DNA of 64,000 nt, taken from Candidatus Parcubacteria bacterium. Its GTDB lineage: Bacteria > Patescibacteriota > Patescibacteriia > UBA1558 > GWA2-36-10. Each line of letters begins with the position of its first letter. Within the stretch, counting starts at the first letter, position 1. A model generated the notes under the pieces. That model saw only the letters and a list, made by a program, of their open reading frames with translations, was not told the origin of the DNA and did not search any database. The DNA is taken from the NCBI GenBank assembly GCA_018669975.1, contig JABHSK010000002.1, positions 5,535 through 69,534 on the forward strand, given 5' to 3'. This document shows positions 59,020-64,000 of the stretch, in pieces. The position numbers were made by a program, and so were the translations under genes.

Positions 59020-59157
59020 ATGGAAGAAAAATGTCCAACTTGCGGTAATACCCCATGCACTTGTCTCCCAGAAGAAAGTTGCGATTCATGCGGAGGTAAA
59101 AAATGTAATTGTACAAGTGAGTGTACATGCAGCGGTGGCAAATGTACCTGCAGTTAA
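59020..59157 (+). CDS. 45-aa metallothionein-like peptide with 12 Cys (not in ORF track)
   Basis: MEEKCPTCGNTPCTCLPEESCDSCGGKKCNCTSECTCSGGKCTCS; extended -10 TGcTATAAT at 58981-89; terminator at 59167-59194. Confidence 0.75.
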   Translation: MEEKCPTCGNTPCTCLPEESCDSCGGKKCNCTSECTCSGGKCTCS

Positions 59158-59166
59158 TACCACAAC

Positions 59167-59194
59167 AAAAAATTCCCGTTTCGGGAATTTTTTT
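59167..59194. terminator. Bidirectional intrinsic terminator
   Basis: A-tract-TTCCCG-TTT-CGGGAA-T-tract between convergent genes. Confidence 0.8.
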
Positions 59195-59600
59195 ATTGAC
59201 TTAAATTTTCTATTATCACTTGTCGACTTCTGGGTTTTTCATCAAAATCTATCAAGACTATCTGCTGCCATGTACCTAACATCATCTTACCATCTTTAAT
59301 TGGTACCAATAAATCAGGACCTATCAAGGCTGCCTTTATGTGCGCTGCTCCATTGGCATCCCCCCATTTTTTATGGTGCTTGTAATCAGCCTGCTCTGGT
59401 GCCATGTTTTCCAAAACATTTTTAATATCTTCAATTACCCCATTTTCATATTCTATCATAGTTAATGCAGCTGTAGTGCCAGCCACAAATACCAACACCG
59501 CTCCACTGTTAATTGATGCCTGCTCTATCTGTTTAGTCACCTGTTCTGTAATATTTACAAAATCATAATGACCCCTAGTATCTACTTTTATAATACCCAT
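59193..59600 (-). CDS. yjbQ: YjbQ family protein (secondary thiamine-phosphate synthase)
   Basis: TTAAL..IEYE, YKH, NGAAHIKA, LGTWQQI..DFD. Confidence 0.9.
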   Translation of the reverse strand: MGIIKVDTRGHYDFVNITEQVTKQIEQASINSGAVLVFVAGTTAALTMIEYENGVIEDIKNVLENMAPEQADYKHHKKWGDANGAAHIKAALIGPDLLVPIKDGKMMLGTWQQIVLIDFDEKPRSRQVIIENLSQ

Positions 59601-59698
59601 ACATTGTCATTATACTACAAACTTGACTTTTATAATATTTAATACTAAATTACTATAGTCCTATTAGTCCTTTATTCATCATAATCAGGAGGTCCGCG

Positions 59699-59875
59699 AT
59701 GGCTAAGAAAAAGTTTGACATTCTATTTAATGGTGACGATGGCGCCAAAAAAGTCGGCTCAGCCGAAGCAACTACTGCACAGGGTGCCGTCAAAGAATAT
59801 TGCCGTCGTAGCGGTGCTGCTCAACTCTCCTGCGTCTGTCGCAGACTAACTGCCAAAGAGACGGAAGAGAAATAA
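59699..59875 (+). CDS. 58-aa hypothetical protein in a stand-alone unit (not in ORF track)
   Basis: TTGACT-17-TAAATT, AGGAGG SD, MAKKKFDILFNGDDGAKKVGSAEATTAQGAVKEYCRRSGAAQLSCVCRRLTAKETEEK, terminator at 59882-59905. Confidence 0.7.
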   Translation: MAKKKFDILFNGDDGAKKVGSAEATTAQGAVKEYCRRSGAAQLSCVCRRLTAKETEEK

Positions 59876-59903
59876 AATTCGGGCTACCCCCAGGGGTAGC
59901 TTT

Positions 59904-60518
59904 TTATATCTTTAATAAATTTAATTTTTTTGCTAATTTATCATAATCAAAATCAGCTGCTGATACTCTAATAATATTTGATCGGGCTAACTCCTGCTCA
60001 GCATCATTATTAAAATAATTAATGTGCGCTTGGTTAACCTTGAAAAAACTATCCATAACATTAGCCTCAAAGCCTCGACCCCTACCCAACACTCTTTCCT
60101 TAACCAATTCATCACTAGCTTCCAAATAAATTATATAATCTGGCAAATGTAGAGATTGATTGGCCAGTCTTATCAAATCACGAACTAGATCCTGCTCTGC
60201 TCGATTATTATAAATAATATCATTTATAAAAAATAAATTTGTCAGCCAAAAAGTATCTAAGACCACATGATGCGCTTGATCTTTTAGAGTCAATGCTTGA
60301 TTGTACTGATCTATATTTTGATTATGAAAATATAAAGTAGTTTGCAACCTATTTTTGTTCTGAGAAATATTTTCTTTAACAAATTCTGGCAAGTCACCTT
60401 CTTCACCTTCTAGGAAAGCCGTAACCCTGTACTTATCTTTTAGATGCCGAACAAAAGTACTCTTACCTACTGATGGAGCACCTACTACTGCTATAATTTT
60501 ACCTGGTCTATTTTTCAT
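59904..60518 (-). CDS. Deoxynucleoside kinase family protein; probable start MKNRPG
   Basis: P-loop GAPSVGKST, PDYIIYLEAS, R..GRGR.FE lid. Confidence 0.85.
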   Translation of the reverse strand: MKNRPGKIIAVVGAPSVGKSTFVRHLKDKYRVTAFLEGEEGDLPEFVKENISQNKNRLQTTLYFHNQNIDQYNQALTLKDQAHHVVLDTFWLTNLFFINDIIYNNRAEQDLVRDLIRLANQSLHLPDYIIYLEASDELVKERVLGRGRGFEANVMDSFFKVNQAHINYFNNDAEQELARSNIIRVSAADFDYDKLAKKLNLLKI

Positions 60519-60649
60519 ATACACCCATTCTATCATATAAGCTAAAACCGCAACAAGCTCCAATGTTGACACGTCTATCATTTTCTACTAAAATACTATG
60601 TTCTTTCAAAAATCCTTAATCACCAACAACTCCTTCCAAGGATCAAAGC

Positions 60650-60820
60650 ATGAGAAAACTACTGTCTATCATTGTCCTAATCCTGCTATTCAAATTTATA
60701 CTCTGGCCTATAGTTGGTATGTTTTTTGCCGTTAGCTTCTTAGTGGGTCGCCTATTGATTGCAATCCTGGTAGCTGCGCTTTTGGCGGCACTCTTCAAGA
60801 TTATACAAAAAATCCTGTGA
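60650..60820 (+). CDS. 56-aa two-TM peptide in a stand-alone unit (not in ORF track)
   Basis: TTGACA-17-TAAAAT (60566-94), AAGGA SD, MRKLLSIIVLILLFKFILWPIVGMFFAVSFLVGRLLIAILVAALLAALFKIIQKIL, terminator at about 60830-60860. Confidence 0.7.
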   Translation: MRKLLSIIVLILLFKFILWPIVGMFFAVSFLVGRLLIAILVAALLAALFKIIQKIL

Positions 60821-60967
60821 GTGCATGTTATCCCTCGAATTTAAAAGTTCGGGGGTTTTTATTATCATTGACAAAAGAATGTAAATTACCTAATCTATCA
60901 GCATAAAGCAATTCTTAGTTCGTTCAAAAATACCACGTTATAAAACCACGTCCAAAGGAGATTCATA

Positions 60968-62017
60968 ATGCTGGACACTAGTGAATTTGTCACCATCAGC
61001 GGCACAGGCAACCACACTCTAGCCAGAGGTATCATTAGTATCGTCAACGAGATCACTCCGGTTGGTCAAAAAGACCTAACCTTTGCTCATCTCGATTATG
61101 ACGAATTTCCAGATGGAGAACCGGACTTCCGCATCCAGGATTTTGAGGGCATCGAGGGTAAGCATGTACTTATCTTCAACAGTTGTCATGATCAAGAGAT
61201 GCTGGAAGAGTTCAGGACTCTAGTCTGGGCAGCCAAACATCAATATGGCGCAAACTCAGTCACAGGCATCATACCTTTTATGCGCTACCGGCGACAGGAT
61301 CACGCTGAAAAAAGACATGAAATCAACCGCAACCGTATGTTGATCCATGGCTTGGCAGCTGCTGGAGTTAATCGCCTCATTGTTTGTGATATTCATTCCA
61401 AGATTACCTTGGAAAATTGCAAAGAGGTTGGCATCAAAGCCTGGAATGTAGATCCTTCGGCTGACTTTGCGGCTGAACTTCAGCCTCTAGTAGAAACAGC
61501 TCAAGCTGAAGGCCGTGAATTTTATATTCACGCTCCTGACATTGGGTCTATCCCTAGGGCAGTTGCACTAGCTAAAATTGTGAATGCCAAGGTATCGGCC
61601 AATCCCAAAGAACGGTTGCCTAATGGCGAAACCAAAATTGTTGAAGATCCAGCAGAGCTGAAAGCAATCCAAGAACAATATGATATTGAAATTGTTTTTG
61701 CTGACGAAAAACTAGCTGGAGCTGAAGTTTGTATCCGTGAGGATGAAGCTGCTACAGGAGGCACTGCCAATGGATCCGGACACAAGTTACTGCGGCTAGG
61801 CGCTTACAAGGTACACTTTTGTGTTACTCATCCAGTCTGCACTCCGGGTTGGAAGCGCAAATTGTTCAGCAATAATCCTTTTGACCTTGTCATGTTCGGT
61901 AATACTATTGAGCGGCACAACCGCTATAAATCTACTACCGGCGGCATAGTAACGCGGATAGATCTATCCAAGGTTATTGCCCATAAGCTTTTCGAAGTTA
62001 TGAAGAGCATCAAATAA
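60968..62017 (+). CDS. prs: Ribose-phosphate pyrophosphokinase, divergent
   Basis: FPDGE, IPFMRYRRQD, DIHS, APDIG, K.R, EDEAATGGT, VTHPV. Confidence 0.85.
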   Translation: MLDTSEFVTISGTGNHTLARGIISIVNEITPVGQKDLTFAHLDYDEFPDGEPDFRIQDFEGIEGKHVLIFNSCHDQEMLEEFRTLVWAAKHQYGANSVTGIIPFMRYRRQDHAEKRHEINRNRMLIHGLAAAGVNRLIVCDIHSKITLENCKEVGIKAWNVDPSADFAAELQPLVETAQAEGREFYIHAPDIGSIPRAVALAKIVNAKVSANPKERLPNGETKIVEDPAELKAIQEQYDIEIVFADEKLAGAEVCIREDEAATGGTANGSGHKLLRLGAYKVHFCVTHPVCTPGWKRKLFSNNPFDLVMFGNTIERHNRYKSTTGGIVTRIDLSKVIAHKLFEVMKSIK

Positions 62018-62020
62018 CCA

Positions 62021-62058
62021 AAAACCCCGTCGAGTTCAACTCGACGGGGCCTTTTTTT
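62021..62058. terminator. Bidirectional intrinsic terminator
   Basis: CCCCGTCGAGT-TCA-ACTCGACGGGG hairpin flanked by A and T tracts. Confidence 0.8.
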
Positions 62059-62065
62059 ACAAAAA

Positions 62066-63202
62066 TTATTCAGTACAACCTTCTGTTAAATTTATATTCA
62101 CACAAACATTTGACTGACATAGACAATCCTCAGCATTATAAGCTGCAGAACATTCAAATTGTAGCGTACACATCTCTGGTTGTTCATACTGATCTACAAA
62201 ATTAGCATTTATACATTGATGTGGATGACACCCCGGTACTGGCACACAATCTTCATCTGTTACACAAGCTACCTGGCTATCAACATCTGTTCCCTCTACT
62301 TCGGTAGGCATCTCTTCTACTTCTTCTACCACCTCTTCTACAAAAGTAAAGCTATTTAAAAATCTATTATACAAATTCCAATCAACTCTATCATCTGTAT
62401 GTAAAATTCTAATGCTAAATAATTGATCTCCTTTAATGAAATAATAATAATCCCCAGCAAAGACATTGGCAGTTCTCTCTTGTACGAAATGCACAGTTGG
62501 TAATCCAGCAATACTAATATCGCCTCCTTTAGTGAAGCCTGGAAATTGCTTTACCCACTCATTCACATCTGTGTCTGCTGCTGGACGATAATATTGACTA
62601 TTATAATGAATAACGGAAATAGACGGCCAATGATCATCATTATTTAATTCTCCAGTAAACTGCACATTATTATCTGCGGCAAAAGCATTGCAAATACCTG
62701 GATATTCAACTGAATAGGCATGTACATCATTGCTATAGGTTTTCCAATCGATACTATCTATATCAATCTCCTTATGATCAACCTCAGTTGCCACTGGCGG
62801 TATATAACAATCACTTACCATATCCTCTGGAAAATTATATTCTTCAATAGCACTACATGGCACTGCACTAGCACCTTCAAAAACTAATTGCCAATCTTGA
62901 TCTTCCTTGGCTGCCAAAAATAAATACATCTCTTCAGGCTCTTCATTAAATTTTACACTACCGCGAACATAATTATCTGTTTCTTTATGGATAGTAATCA
63001 CTACTTCCTCGCTATCTCTGTTATATTTTTCTGTAAACAAAGCCATAATAGCTTCACTTTTGTCCTCCTCAACAACGGAGTTGGTAAATGAGTTATTATC
63101 ATCTTTCTTATCCTCTGAATCCTTAGAACATCCAGAGATTACAAAAACTGACAAAATAGCTGCCAGCGTCCACAAATAAAAGGTTTTTTTACTAATAAGC
63201 AT
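62066..63202 (-). CDS. Lipoprotein with PsbP-like middle domain and Cys-rich C-terminus
   Basis: Lipobox ISGC; WKTYSN..YSVEYP..SFTF; C-terminal CVTDEDC..C..C module. Confidence 0.75.
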   Translation of the reverse strand: MLISKKTFYLWTLAAILSVFVISGCSKDSEDKKDDNNSFTNSVVEEDKSEAIMALFTEKYNRDSEEVVITIHKETDNYVRGSVKFNEEPEEMYLFLAAKEDQDWQLVFEGASAVPCSAIEEYNFPEDMVSDCYIPPVATEVDHKEIDIDSIDWKTYSNDVHAYSVEYPGICNAFAADNNVQFTGELNNDDHWPSISVIHYNSQYYRPAADTDVNEWVKQFPGFTKGGDISIAGLPTVHFVQERTANVFAGDYYYFIKGDQLFSIRILHTDDRVDWNLYNRFLNSFTFVEEVVEEVEEMPTEVEGTDVDSQVACVTDEDCVPVPGCHPHQCINANFVDQYEQPEMCTLQFECSAAYNAEDCLCQSNVCVNINLTEGCTE

Positions 63203-63433
63203 AGGTTTATGGTATTATTTTCTTAAGATAAACCCTCCTTAACAGCTTAATTATCAGGCTTTTCTACACTTTTGTCAATCTAACTTATCCACTTAATAAA
63301 AAACACCCTAGCTATGCGCTAAGGTGTCTTTATATACTAGATTTTCTAAATTATTCTGGGATGTAATTATCTCCACGATCATAATGCGCCCCTAGTGTTG
63401 GACACTTACGACAACCAGATAAACAATCTTCTG

Positions 63434-63991
63434 TTATTTTTTCTTTTTAACTACTTTTTTCTTAACAACTTTTTTAGGTTTAGCTGCCTTAATTTTTTTC
63501 TTTGCACCAAAAGAACCCATTAATACTTCTTCCAATTTTACAAAGTCCTTAACTGCCATCTCAACTGAGTGGTTATAACTATCAGAAGAAAAAACTACCT
63601 TCTTCACTTTTTCTAACTTCTTTTCCATTACTACCGGCAATTTATAAAGTGAACCAAAGGCGGCCATGGCGTCATTTTTAATCTTGAGCACCTCTCTAGC
63701 AATCTTTTCTCCTGGTATTTTTACCACCTTAACTTCTTTGCCATACTCTTTTTTAATAACTGCTTTTAATTTGTCCATATTTAAATTATGGTCTGCTGGC
63801 AAAAGTACCACAAAATAATCTTTGTCTGCTTTAACCAATAATGACTTAGCTACTTGATCCATCTTTCTTTTCATGGTGTTGGCAGCGTCTATAGCTGTAT
63901 AAACTGTTTTGTGCTCTAAAATGTCATGCTTTATTCCAGCACTATCCAAATGTTTAATTGTCTTCTTTGGAGCTTTAATTTTCTTAGGCAT
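63434..63991 (-). CDS. YbaK/EbsC/ProX-family aminoacyl-tRNA deacylase-like protein with Lys-rich tail
   Basis: H..VYTA.DAA, QVAKSLLVKAD, AFGSLY. Confidence 0.85.
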   Translation of the reverse strand: MPKKIKAPKKTIKHLDSAGIKHDILEHKTVYTAIDAANTMKRKMDQVAKSLLVKADKDYFVVLLPADHNLNMDKLKAVIKKEYGKEVKVVKIPGEKIAREVLKIKNDAMAAFGSLYKLPVVMEKKLEKVKKVVFSSDSYNHSVEMAVKDFVKLEEVLMGSFGAKKKIKAAKPKKVVKKKVVKKKK

Positions 63992-64000
63992 ATATTTATT

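Noticed and set aside
63351-63447. Possible -1 frameshift extension of the YbaK-like protein (ITEDCLSGCRKCPTLGAHYDRGDNYIPE, with CxxxCxxC)
   Set aside because: No canonical slippery heptamer or clear stimulator, and only about 28 codons; chance or a gene remnant is as likely.

Overview
AT-rich bacterial chromosome segment, inferred to be Patescibacteria/CPR (Parcubacteria-like) from its gene content: VirB6/TrbL-like protein, giant Cys-rich surface protein, LeuRS with a Nudix insert, a degenerate DHH paralog facing infB, and many SD-less genes. It uses the standard code with TGG=Trp. Most of the window is translation and RNA-metabolism housekeeping (efp, rpsR, ssb, rpsF, rsmA, tsaC, leuS, infB, rbfA, maf, nrnA, clpP, rny, ymdB, HU, pnp, rpsO), surface/secreted proteins, two cation antiporters, comM, lspA, a DksA-like protein and a thiol-redox operon (XRE-Trx-DipZ-DUF3179). 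Reading the gaps between ORFs adds several features missing from the ORF track: a tRNA-Ile with anticodon UAU, a probable 6S RNA before rny, a 45-aa metallothionein-like peptide with 12 Cys, a 29-aa bS22-like basic peptide, other small proteins, three unexplained structured RNAs (46.3, 48.0 and 49.4-49.7 kb) and a zinc-ribbon ORF with an in-frame TGA. A recurring class of stand-alone units (TTGAC promoter, boxA-like motif, strong SD, own terminator) contrasts with the leaderless or SD-less core genes. No CRISPR, rRNA, IS element or prophage was seen. All structures were paired by eye; no searches or folding programs were run.
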